From assembly GCA_973895155.1 (NCBI GenBank), contig OZ316893.1, forward strand, positions 868,860 through 932,859: a DNA stretch of 64,000 nt, in the 5' to 3' direction. Position 1 is the stretch's first letter. Each line of letters opens with the position of its first letter. The notes under the pieces were generated by a model, which had not been told where the DNA came from, made no database searches, and saw nothing but the letters and a program-made list of their open reading frames with translations. This document shows positions 51,637-64,000 of this stretch, in pieces. The position numbers and the translations under genes were made by a program. This DNA is from Marsupella aquatica (lineage: Eukaryota > Plantae > Marchantiophyta).

Positions 51637-52456
51637 AGACAATTGAAACAATGGATCATTTATTTTTCATGCTGCACATGGGTGGCGATCAAAAACCTAA
51701 TTCTATACATCTAATGCCATATATCCGGTGTACAAACCACCAGGCGGCGTGACAACATTGTGAATTGTGAATGTGCGCACCACACTGGAGCAGCATGTGT
51801 ACAATAATTCCTCAGTTATTGACTTGGAAATTGACTTGGTAATTCCTACTTAACTACAAACAGATCTGCACGGCCAAGAATATTTCACAGGCTGGAGATA
51901 ATTGAATTTAAAAATTGTGGGCGAGAGGTCAATCCCACCTGCCTCAGTAGAGGTAAGCCGTTAGTCACATGGTAGACAAGCTGCAATAAAGAGCGCCATG
52001 CAACCAGCTGAGGAGAATTTACAGTTCTGCTTCAGGTTCAATTCAAGGCGAGGAATACTCAGCCTCCAAGACAATGTCTAGCAGGATGGCGTTTGTTGTA
52101 TATACAATGCAGTTGCATACCCCATGCTATACCCAACATGTTAAGAGTTCACATGTGATGGACAATTTTGCCCAATTACACATGATAATGTAGCTCATGC
52201 ATTGGATGAGGTCTCCAAAGCACTCACGATACGAAGCTCTTCCTCGTCCCAACTCTGTGCTTCACGAGAGATGGAAAATCCTACAGCTGCCATTTGAGTC
52301 AAAAGGCTGCCATATCTCAAGACGAAAATTGGCCGCTATCAGTCACAATAATGGTGCCCTAAAAGTCTTGTACGAAGGTCCAGATGTAATCCAGTGAATT
52401 ATAATCTCCCCATGGAACAACGACCCCTCAGCTGCTGTCCTGAGAAATTCTGGCAA

Positions 52457-54486
52457 TCAAGGCAGTTCGTGCGCTGGGGCAGGGGCAGGCCCTGGTGAAA
52501 CTGCAAAGTGCATCCCTCGAGCTTGGCCGGCTTGCTGAAAGAGAATTGCGACTTCAGCAGCAGCCATTGCAGCCTCCTGCAATTTTCAACAATTCCGGTT
52601 AGCTCACATATATGATAATTTTACGCAATGTGCGTCCCAGACACGGGGCAAGTGACTTGCAACAGTTCAGAAAAAAATCGAAACAGCCACTGGCAGCCAT
52701 CCGGCGGTGGTAGCCAGGTGCCGAGTTTTATCACTACTCGGCTAAGAAAGCATCAAGAGACATTCACCTGTCGCTGTCTTCGACGCTGAAGGATGTTCAT
52801 TGCCCGGGCCATAATATAGCAGGGAAGAAGGAAGCCCGCGGCTCTCAAGAAGAACAGCTGCAATACAAATCGGAAGCTACCAAAATTAGAACCATGAATG
52901 TCGATTTGGGTCCACTCTAGAATTCTCATTTGCCAAGGCCTCTTTCGAGGAGGTCCTGAATATCTACCAATCTTAGTGAAGTTTCGAAAACCACACAAAC
53001 ATCTACCAATCAGTAACATTTCTAAACCCATTTTTAAGTTTGTTGCAAACCAAGTACGATAGTGAGGGTCAACCATACTTACTGTAAAGAATGTTGAGGT
53101 GTCCTCATCCGTCCCGGCAGCTGCCATAATCAAGGCATGCCGGAGGAGCAAGAGAGCCATCAACTGCACAACGATTCCCATTCAACATATTAGACTGCGT
53201 CCACAAGTCTTGCCTACTTCACAATACAGAAAAACCTCACCGTATCATCCGGGAATTTTCTAGAAGCAAGATAAGGACCAATATGCCCACGATTGTAGGG
53301 GAGAGAACTTACGATCAAGGCAGCAGAACGGCAGCAAGCAGCCCCGCTGGCATTAGCAGCGGCGTATTCGTCGTACTCGGCATCCAGCAGGTGTCGCTCA
53401 GCTGCGGCCATTGCCAGCAGGCGTGGATCGCGCAAGTTCAGGGTGTCTGAGCCGGTAATTCCCCATTCGCCACTGTGAGGACCACTTAAAATTGTTAGCA
53501 AACAAGAAACTTCACAACCCCGAAGCTAACACCTGCCTTACATCCTCAATTTCAGATGCGATGACCGTGTCATCAGCTGAGTCATCATAGATTAGGACTA
53601 CTTTCAGTTAACTTATGACAGACGTGATTCTCAATAAGCTATGCTGTCGCCACCTAGAAACTCCTAAACAAGGAATCTTGCGGTTCACCACGAAGAGAAC
53701 GCACTCACCCAAATTCAAGGGGGATGACGTCAGATTGAGGAGGACGAGGGGGAGCTTCATATCCGTTTTTGTATGGCTGCAAGACGTTCAAGCCATGTCC
53801 ATCCGTTAGTCAATATGCCGTGTGCTGTACTACCACGTAGGACTAAGGCAACGCAACGTTTAAGGGTGAATCACAAGAGATCACTCTAAACTCGGAAGAC
53901 TCATCCACAAATGAAGTGATGATGTTGAACGAACAGCATACCTGATGGCAAATTTCGCAAATCGTATCTCCCTTCTCGTTGCACCAACGCTGAACGCATT
54001 TCCGGTGAGCGTACTGCAGTAATTGTATTCAGTGTGAGAAAACACTTAACACAGCATAGCGTGGAAGAAATGGAAAACCAACGAAGATAACAAGACCAAC
54101 ACGAACTTAGGACGAGGAACTAAGCATACCTTAACGCTTCCAGAACAAGCACAAGGAGTCTCAAGGTTGTTAACATCGTCCTCTTCTTGGCAAATTCGGC
54201 ACTCGGCCTGGATGCCAACGTCAGCGGTCGACGCTTCACTGTCGACCCGGATTCCATTCGGTCCCACTGACCCGTCTATCATCGGCACAGCCGCATAAGC
54301 AAAACCATCTTGCGAAGACAAGGACGCCCCCTTCGCAACAGAAGTGTCTATGGATATCGCGTGCTCAATGGGAGCAGATGGTACAGCAGCGTCTCTTCCT
54401 TCCTGAGAAGAGTCAACTGCGGAACCTGCCATTAGACGATCCATGTCCAGACTAGTGTGCTCCGCCATATCTTCTTCTCCGTTCAT
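52457..54486 (-). CDS. RING-CH (MARCH-type) E3 ubiquitin ligase with DUF3675 and two TM helices, about 315 aa
   Basis: Exons 54486-54130, 54013-53942, 53776-53709, 53472-53313, 53163-53083, 52857-52768, 52576-52457 (948 nt). C4HC3 finger CRICQEED...[31 protein letters not shown]; DUF3675 motifs GAACCRSAALILMALLLLRH and LRAAGFLLPCYIMARAM. The start could instead be the ATG at 54468. Confidence 0.95.
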
Positions 54487-55219
54487 AACCAATCCTTCTT
54501 TCTGTCACCTGTCCGCTCTGCACTGTAACCTTCCTCAAACACCAGTCAGACCACGAGCGCGAGATTTCCTTTTCAGGACTTCGGTCTTGGTAGAACTTAG
54601 GTCGCTCCTCAAGTAGAGGAACTCGAAATACAAGACCGAACTAAGACTGCCTGACGGGTTCGATAGCGGTTGAGTCACCTCACGGCGTAAACACCAAATC
54701 CAAACGAGGGAGAAGTGCTTCCTCGTGAAGTGTAAGCTTCCTCGACCGACCGAGGTCTAGTCCCAGAAGCCTTCAACCCCAGCTTCTTTTCCCCACAAAA
54801 CACGACGCCGACCCCTGCGAGAGCGTTCGCCGCTTCCACTGCTGCCCGGCCAAAGAATTCGATTGCGTCGCCCGGCGTGAAGACCAAATCCTAGCACGAG
54901 AAGTGCTTCCTCGTCCCCCAAGCGTCTTCGATCGAAGAAGCTCAAAAATCTTCTTAAAAGGCCTTCCCACCACACGAACTTCTCCTTCCAGAAACACCCA
55001 CCGAGAGAGTGTTCCGCTCTTCCGCTGCTGCCCGACCTAAGAAGTACCCCGAAGCCTCTCGTGCCTTCCTCCTCCTCCTCCTCCTTCTTCTTCTTTCCGC
55101 TCCTCCCTCCCCTCCTCCTCGTCAACACCCCAAAAGCCAAACAGAAACCCAACTTTTCCTCGTCCCCCGCTGCTCTGCCGTGTGGCCTGGTCGCCTCCGC
55201 CCTCGTCACGCGGTGAGAC

Positions 55220-55243
55220 TCAGCTTCTCTCCACACCGGACAT
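55220..55243 (-). promoter_or_regulatory. Candidate uORF (MSGVERS*) in the RING-CH gene leader
   Basis: ATG TCC GGT GTG GAG AGA AGC TGA; the only minus-strand ATG between 54487 and 55468. Confidence 0.5.
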
Positions 55244-55489
55244 AAGTCTCCTCCTCCTCCTCCTCTCACCTTTTTCTCTCCTCCCTTCTCGTCTCCTTCG
55301 CTCCTCTCCTCTTCCTCTTCCTCGTCCACAGTTCCACAGCACTACCTCCAAACTCTTCCTCGACGCAAAAGAGCAAACCAGACGAGACGAGACCAGACGA
55401 GAAACTCGCAAAAAAGCTTTCCCCCGCCCTTCCTCCACACCACCCCACGCCACAAGGAATCAATTGCCCATCCTTCCCACGACCCGGTC

Positions 55490-55505
55490 TTATAAAATAT
55501 ATACC
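55490..55505 (-). promoter_or_regulatory. TATA box candidate of the RING-CH gene
   Basis: Minus-strand TATATATTTTATAA embedded in GC-rich DNA immediately upstream of a GA-rich leader. Confidence 0.55.
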
Positions 55506-58500
55506 ACACCCGCGCGAGGGGACCAACGGCTTTGCCAACCCAACGTAGCGCACCCAACGGCAACGCGAACCCAACGGCGAGGTCTGGTCATGCACATACC
55601 ACCAGTGTGTCCGGGAGCCGAGCGGACCCCCAAGCCCCCAACGTCTGCGCTTTTACTGCCAGCGCCGTGGGTTTATTACTCCCCCTCCGTCGGGGGAGCT
55701 CCGTCCCGTTTTCACCTCGCGGGCACTGTTGGGAAATGATTGTCGCATCGAAAACAGGGGAGAGATTGAGAGAAAGCAAGTAGTCGGTAAAGTCCGGTTT
55801 AAATTGATGACAACGAGGAAAAACCCAACGTAGAGACTAGCGAGGATGATGCCTTTCTGAGGCTGCCTGCTCAAAGCCAAGGAAGGGCATGCAAAAAGGT
55901 TGGAGAGCCCAGGACGCCACATCTCATGCAAAGGAGGGACATAGGTTTGGGAGGGTCTCAGAAACAGACGAATGCTTACCTCACCCTCAAATTTTATGGG
56001 TGAACCTCCCAACAGTTTAAAATTCGCCCCACATAGCTCCACATAGGACCTTATATTAAACATTTACTGGAGGATTTGCACCATATATGAACCGAGATGA
56101 TAGCTTTACTGGGATAGTAGAATATGGTTATGCACATCCATCCAAATCAGTGTTTAATTAACAGTTCAACTGGATCGATATAGAGGGGACCTTCTCACAG
56201 CATAAAGTCCAAGGAGATGAGGACAGCAAGAGTCCCGTCAGGCCTGAAAAATCCAAAAAGGGCCCCACCCAGTAAATGCTTCCAGATTTTAGTCAAATCA
56301 ATATTTTTTTGACCATGTCAAATAAACAAAAGACAGCGAAGACTGCCTGACTCAAACATGTGTTGTGCATGCTGCCCTGGGCCCTCAATTTAGCCAACTC
56401 TATGTCTCTATGACAGTGTGCGAAAGATTGCAGGGTATTTTAAATCCATTCACATTGAGAGTTTCCATTCCCCATGGTAAGACACCCCTGCCCAACGAAG
56501 TTTCTTTTATTTTTTCACTCTGTTCAATGGATGTTTTCTGTGGATTATTTTTCATGGCAAAAATATTTATTTTGGACTTTAGCCACAAATGTTCATTTGT
56601 GGCCAAAGTCCAAAATGACTTGATTAATGACTTGACTTCGTTCCTTGTAGTTGACTTGATGACTTAATTACGTTAATGACTTGATTTCGTTCCTTGTAGT
56701 TGTGATATTCACTTTTATCTACTACCTTCCAAATGTGCCAATAGAAATGTGTAATAGGGAGCTGGATACATGGGAAGCCCACAAGTTTAGTGTCAAGTTA
56801 AACAGAATAAAGTAATTTAGTCATGACCATAACCATCCTTCATAAAACATTCATCCATGCTTGATCACCGTGAACTGTGTCTCTATGCTCAGCTAAATTG
56901 AGTAGAATTATTTACTCAAACTTTAGAGGGAAGGGTGTGGTTCAATCGTGGCCATCCTTAATACTCACATCTACTGTAGGTCTAGAGGTTAGTTTCCAAG
57001 TACAGTAAGACAATGATGATTAAAACCTTGAGTGTTCAATTTCTGAGGCCAATAGTCAGTAAAAGATAATTTTCAAATTCTGCAGCTCGTCTTGTATTGA
57101 CAATTGCCAAAAATGACTTGTCTAATTCTCACATAGCATAGTAAGCACACCAGGATAATTATTTTGGAATGACAAATTAAAGAAATCTGGCAAGCACTAA
57201 AACAATACCCACTGATCCTACCAGTCAACATCAACTTGTGCTTATCTATTTCTGTCAACCGCTATATCCATAGGTTAAGATCCTGGTCCTTCTACATACA
57301 TTTACCTTCCATCCACCACTTTCCTGCAGCACCATGGGAGCTTGGGAAAATGATACCAAGTTCCTAATGACAAGAAATTAAAAATGACTTATAGCTCAGG
57401 CATTCTCTTTTTTAATCCAAAATAAAAACCTAAATTTAAGAATACTGCAATTTTGAATCAAGTCTACCTTTCACGACTATCCTTGGTAATGTCTACCCAC
57501 AGGTCATAATTTATCTGGAATATTTTAATTTTTTTAGTTAGGGTATGCTGCATGTGGACTCTCAGTAAGGAAAACCCTTCCTGGCTAAGATATCGGGCTA
57601 GTTCTCGCTAGTAATAATAAAATGAAATTGCTCGAGCAATCTGGACCAACGTCATGTTTAGCTATAATCATGGTAGCACGGTAATAACGTGATTTCGTCT
57701 CTGCGGCCCATTCCTGATTAATATATATACCCACAAAGGACGATAGCACTCTTGAAACAACAGTGCCACGAACCTACCCCGATAGCATCACCTGCGTCCC
57801 ATATGCACCCCCTAGCCTCATAAGTATTGGGCTACGTTCAAGTACGACGGCCCAAGTACGAAGTGATCCTCCGGTACAAACCAAGGTACAGCCCCTCATT
57901 AAGGCCGCCCGAGAAGACTCGTCGATCGTGGTCCTAAGGATAAACCTGACCCAAGTCCCAGCTCGTCTAGTTACCCCTCCGCGCGGCGCAAAACAAGGGT
58001 TAAAGCACCGGGGAAAAAGACTCCGAGCCGTGAAGACGATCCGAGTGTGTGGAACCGCCGGCGAAACGGATAAAGTACGAGGGCAGCCTCATCGGAGGTA
58101 TTGCCTGGGACGCCCGTCGGCGAGAAGGTGCCTGGCCCTCGACCTTGGTTGTTGATTGACCGGCCCATGACCGACATTTACCGGGTCTCAAGGGCCGAAT
58201 GATTTATTTGGGTCCCATCCGCGGGCAGGTGTCCTACCCCGGCTGGTTGTTTGACTGGCCCAGGACCAAGGTTTACCGGGTCGCGAGAGGCAAACCGATT
58301 TTTTTATATTAATTTCGTGGTGTTACTCTTGCCCAGGGAAGCTGCGACGGAACGTCAGTTTTGACAAGATGCTACAATGGCGTATGGCTACACAGGCATA
58401 TGGATCACTCTCAGATATAGGTTTTTAATTAAGAGAACAGCACTTTTTTGGCATATAAATACTCACTATTTAGGGTTTCAAAAGAGACTTGGTCTATGGG

Positions 58501-61500
58501 AATCCCCAACTCAAACATCATAATCGGTTGTAAAATTTTGGTTTGGAAATCGTATTTGTTGGGTCAGGAACAAGTCATGTTTTGTACTTTTAAAGGGTAG
58601 GGTGGGATCACTTGTAATTTCATCAATTTCAGTTCAGTGAAATCTACACCATGTGTGACAGATTAACAATACTTTCCAGGAATCATGTCATGTTGGCCAC
58701 GTATTTCCTCATGGTTTTCTTCTTCTTTGATCTCTACATCAAAGGCCTCTCCATGGTCTGAATCCAGCCTAGATGCTTCCACAGGATCCAGGAAGTCAAC
58801 CGAGCAAGTGCCCATCAAAGTGTAAATATAGGACGGATGCCAAACCCAGCAGGTTTTTCAATGCAAGATCTTACCCTCCCTTAAAAATTGCTAAGCAACA
58901 GACTAGCAAACCAGGCCTGACCATTTTCACATTAATCAATGGCCAACGGTGGACATAGTGCTTTGTCGTGTCCTTACATTTGGAACCAAATATATGACAT
59001 GTCTACTTCCATGAGAACATGTCTTCATCATGGAAAGCAAGTTTATTCTCTAGAGACAAGTTGATCATTTAGGATGCCAATTGCAGCCTTCAGATTATAA
59101 GCTTGAGGCGCCCGTGTGAGCTACAGGGTGGCTTTTAACATCAAACACATGTCCAAATGGTATTGTGGTTGATCATCTGAAAAATATTTGGATAGAACAT
59201 TTGCATTTCAAAAGCAAGGTCCAAAATGCAGTATTTTTGCCACATGGAGGTACAAAAGCCAGTTTGAACTCAGACCGTGTGACTATCATCTATAGGATCT
59301 TTGGAGGACAAGGCAATTAAGAGCTCACATCTTCCTCCTGGGCTTTCTGTGACCTGGACTATTTGTGTCCCATCTTATTGGTGATTGAAACAACTTGCTT
59401 CTTTGCGCCCTCTTTAGTGCTACCTCCAGTTTGACATAGCAATTCCCCTACCTACAGTAGCTGCTCTCTCTTCCAAATTTCTTCACCTGCCAGCCCTCTG
59501 GCAGCATTGCTTTGGGCCGCATTGGGGAGTCCGGTGGATAGCAATGCCATGTTGTTGTCCAAGTCTCTTTGCTCTCAGTGCAACCCTAGTCAATTGTTTA
59601 TAGTCATCTCATCCTTGATGTGATACTGTCTCCCCAAAAAGGCCTGAGATGGTGTTTGAAAATCCTATATATTTGTCTTTTGATAAGGTTCGCCTCAAGT
59701 CAAATGACCTTTGCATGAATTCTTCTACTCTAAATCCAAATTTTCCTACTTAAATGTTAGCTTGCAAACATCTACAGAATCTTGGGAAATCTTAAGAAGT
59801 AAGAGGTTTAGGATGAGGATCCCATCCGAGATTACACATCCTAAAATTGGAAAGTAACATTCTGATAATTCTTTACATTTTCTGTTAACCTCAAAGTCTG
59901 AGCCTACACATGATCCCCAGAGAGATACTTGATGGACCCCCAAAATGCAAAGTGTTTGTTGATGGACCCAATCATGAGTGATCCAGACCATTGATAGATC
60001 TCAGATCAACATATCCAAAACCTCATGTGCCTGTTGTCTTTGATGGAGTACCTGTTGGTTGCTCCCTTCTACTTTTACAAAAACTCTCCGAGGCCTTTAA
60101 GTGTATTAATGCCCGGTTACAAGATGCCTTAGCAACCCCTCAAAACTCAACCTAAAGCCCTTGTTTTTAGGGAATTCTGGGGGATATGATTGGCCTGTCA
60201 CCAGAGTAGTACTACATACAAGCACTAGCTACATTGCCGGGCAGCTCAACTGATCACTGGTTTATCTATACTAGGGTTATGTGGAAACACCCATGAACTA
60301 TCTCACCGGATCACAACAATGAAACACTTGGGGATACTCGGTCTGGCCAACAAACTTAGAGTTCAATAAAAAGTTCTCTTGTGTATTCCCGTGGACATAG
60401 TCTCTAGTGAGGTGAACCAAATATCTCATGTGTTGAGTACTTGTGTGTTCATTGGATGCTGCACATGTGCATGTTATCTTATGAGTAACGATTGTTTACT
60501 CAGTAAACTTTCCCTCATGCTCTGTGCACCATGGTACGCCTAGGACCATGCATTCTCTTCTTCATTCTCTTGAGTATAGGAGGGGAAGAGAGGGTGGGGA
60601 GTTGCAAACCCTCAACCTGTATGTGACTCTTTATCTGAAACCCAACATTTTGGTTTGTGGCCAGACTCTTCTTCCAAGCCTCAACATTGGTGCAGGCATT
60701 GGTGATGCGAGTCATGGTGGCCCAAGGGGAGGGTAAGGTTACTAAAACACAGAAGTCATGAAAGGGGTGGGTCAATGTGATGGGAACCATCTAAAATAAC
60801 ATTTTTTCTATTTTTATTGTTTATCACTGTTGGATATAAGATGGTTGTCATGTTAGTACATATTATGTTCATTGAGTGGTTAGGGCAGCGATGCTGATTA
60901 TTACCTTGGCTCGTTTACTCCTTACTTGTCTATTAGGGTTACTTGGTGGTATAGCATGGTGAGGAGAGTCATCGCTGAAAATTAAATTGGCTGCCATCTT
61001 TCTCTACAGTAAGTCCATTTTTTATTTGGTGTTGGAAGGAAACAATGGGAAACCTGTTGGGGTGTACCATGATTAGCCAAGCTACAAGCCAGAGAATTGG
61101 GGTCGCAAAAACCCATCAGTTTATAGTGTGTGCATTGTCTTGTGCTATAATTTATCTAATAAAGCACAACCCAAAGCTACTGTAAGGGCCTACAATCCAA
61201 AGTGAGCCTGAAGACTGTGACTCCTGGGGCACAGCTATTCTTGAGGGTGGGATTGGAAATTGGGGGTGAAACTGAAAATGGGTATAGCTTGGGCCTTCAG
61301 GTTAGTCAGTCCCTCACAATTCTTAACGTCCCCAAGCTGCTTACACCCCGTAAAAAGCGTCAAAAGGCACCTTGCAGGACTGGGTCTCTCTTCCCAATGC
61401 TAACCGTGAAGGGAATTCTGATTCTATCGAACTCCGTTCCGCTCGTTTTGCAATTCCAAGGAATATATAGCAGCTAAGTTTTTAGGGGGCACGGAATGAA

Positions 61501-64000
61501 TGGGCCTAAAGGTATGAAACGACAGGCAATAGATTTTCACTTCGGCAGTAGTTCGATTCCCTGTCAGAAAACAAAATGATAATTAAAATAAGAACAAAGT
61601 GGGTGATTCCCTAGACCAGGTTTGCTCAAAGTTCAAATTTCCTTGGACTTGATGGCAATTGAAATCTAAGGTATGGGGCTTATGATATGCTAAAAAAAGG
61701 AAACTGCACAAACAATTTCTCTCGAGGGAATCCGACCCGTAAAGCGAGCTGCCGTGCATCAGGGTCCAATGCTCGCGCCGGGGAAAAACATTTCCGGGTA
61801 AGGAGGCCCAGCTTGAGCCAAAATACATTTGAGGGCCTGTCTCAGTGTTTATTGACACTTGGCCCCCGTAACCGCCTTTTGCAATACACAATACCTTTTT
61901 CTCAAACCACCCGAGTTGCAAATTTGCATGACTGTCCATTTGTCATCGTTTGGTAGCCTGGGAAAGTGGACCAGGCAAACTCAAAAGTTGCTGGAGAAGG
62001 CTTGCGTCATCCAGACCCATCTCCAATGTCATGACATCATGACAAATAGGTACATGTAGGCCCCCCCGAAATACCACACGAAATCTGTTTTAGAATTCAC
62101 AATTTGAATACTACGGACTTATTTCCGTCAAGTGAAGCAATAGGTTATAATCTATCCAGTAATAAAACGTTTAAATATTGGACTATGCTTGTGTTAGAGT
62201 GCTTTTGTAGAGATGGGCATGGGGAGTACGTGTCCAGTGAGATATTGAAGTGCAGAAGCACAGATATTCAGGCTAGCAAAAGTATAGTTCATGCCCTCGA
62301 GAAGAGACTGGTCCAGGACTACAGGGACAATCCTTTTTTTGTTTTTGGTTTTTGTGGAGGTAAAAGGCCTTATAGCAAGGCATGGGGCAAAAATCACCTT
62401 GCGCACAAAAACCAACAAAGGGGGCCCTTCGAGCCAGACTCCAAAGACCCCACCCTAACCAGGCCAAAAAGCCCAATGACGCTTCTTGTATCTCCTACTA
62501 GTCTCACCAGTGTCAGAGCAGTCGGTCCGGGTGTCCCTGATGTTCCAAGTGGAGTGAAGCTGGATAAGGCCAATGCTGGCATAGTAACTACTGTGCACTC
62601 TATTGTTGTTACTGTTGTCTAAGTGACTATGTGTTTCTACCACTTGCCCCATGCACAATGTTCAGTGTCTTGCCTGCTTAGCCGGGCAATGCTGCATCAG
62701 AGTGTGCTTGCTGCCCCGTGAAGACCAAAATCACGGTTCCTGATCATTATGTGAAATATATTTTTCTTTGCATGTGCTACACTTCTGCACTTGCATTTGA
62801 TTCCACTTAAATTTAACAAATACCATGCAATCCCGTATGCAATAGCCAAAAAGAAATTATTCACCTATACATCACTACCAGACAAAGGAGGAAACATGTT
62901 GCAAGATTAGCATGCTGGGCCTCCCTCGTTATGGCTAATTATAATCCAGAAAGTGCTCAGGCTTTGCTAGTGACCACCAGCATGGAACAAGGGCAATGGC
63001 CCATGAATCAAAAACAATGTTTGACTTGTAGTCAATGGAGGCAAAAGAGTTATCAAACAATAAGTGTTGGACAATGGCATCATAAGGAAGCCATGGTAAG
63101 ACATTGAGGATTATTCCTATTCTAGAGTTAGAGGACTTGGTGCTTAAGGATACAAAGTCTGAAGCAAAGGAGTCTGCTAGTGAGTCAACCTCTCCACACA
63201 GAGATGAAGAACCAAAACCCAACTGTGGTGCAGAAGGGAGTCAGTGCCACCCTAGCAAAGGTAGTATAGTCGACTGTGTATGTTTTTCACACCAGACCAC
63301 ACCTCTGAACAAGTCTTCGGGTGGGATGAGTTATGCGGAAGGTATGGGAAGCATTTGCAACCGTTGCCGGAAATGATAACCCAGTGAAACATTTTCCTGC
63401 CATAAAAGTAATTGGTAGTTCCTCCGCCACTCCACCCCAGTTGCCTTGTGGTGGTTGAGCTCATGACCTGTGTGTTGTGAGGCTCATGCCTTTGACACCC
63501 CACCAGCCTCAAATCACATGAAGCAACTATATGCTTCTAGTCAACTTAAGACTTGCAAGCAAATTTTAATGGATGGTAACCAGTTTGTCAATGCTCCTTA
63601 ATTTGAGACAAGTTGTAAGTCGTGTGCGACTCACGAGTATAGGAGCCATGTGAGGATTGCCTTGTGCACAAACAGAAACATGACTTACAATTACAGAACA
63701 TAAGCTATACATTGAAGTCTACAAAAGACAAGCACTCAATTTTGAAATGGATGATGGACTTTGCTTGAGGGCATTGATAGTTCCAAGTACACAATCCATG
63801 AGGCCTTTGGGCACTTTGATTCTATTATTGTTTTCATAAGGAAAGCTTTTGTTGTCTTGTGTGGCCTAAGGTAATAGCAACCCAGTACAGCACATCGATT
63901 TCTCCATGAGAGAAATGAGCTTATCAATTCCAGGTTCATCATTTTGTGAATGTAACAGACAAATCTCAATGCCAATCAGGTTTATGCACCACACTCAAGT

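Noticed and set aside
13715-54486. CSN2, F-box and RING-CH genes as a ubiquitin-pathway gene cluster
   Set aside because: Ubiquitin-system genes are very numerous in plants and these are separated by unrelated genes; chance co-location is likely without synteny or co-expression data.
54757-55739. 185-190 aa low-complexity ORFs upstream of the RING-CH gene
   Set aside because: Arise from GA/CT-rich leader and promoter sequence and use non-ATG starts.
61181-61318. TGT...ACA-bounded segment as a solo LTR
   Set aside because: No target-site duplication and no second copy in the window.
61520-61570. GTTCGATTCC tRNA T-loop-like motif
   Set aside because: No T-stem pairing or cloverleaf.

Overview
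Eukaryotic nuclear DNA from a land plant, most likely a seed-free one (bryophyte or lycophyte; inferred from plant-type intron-rich genes plus a betaine-lipid gene that seed plants lack). Six protein-coding genes could be modelled by hand, five of them spliced with GT-AG introns: NF-YB (-), COP9 signalosome subunit 2 (+), an intronless microbial-type alpha/beta hydrolase (-), a stand-alone BtaB-type betaine-lipid N-methyltransferase (-), an FBXO21-like F-box/SirB1/YccV protein (+) and a RING-CH/DUF3675 E3 ligase (-). Intergenic DNA holds two short DNA-transposon families (one with 8-bp TSDs, one with TA TSDs in sizes from 32 bp to about 1.35 kb), degenerate TE remnants and many local tandem duplications. 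Best leads: a 31-bp-stem pre-miRNA-like hairpin at 33.9-34.0 kb, the candidate horizontally acquired hydrolase with a relic paralog next to it, the unfused half of BTA1, and an ATG-depleted ~1 kb leader with a single 7-codon uORF. Exon boundaries and family calls are by eye and from recalled motifs; no database search was run.
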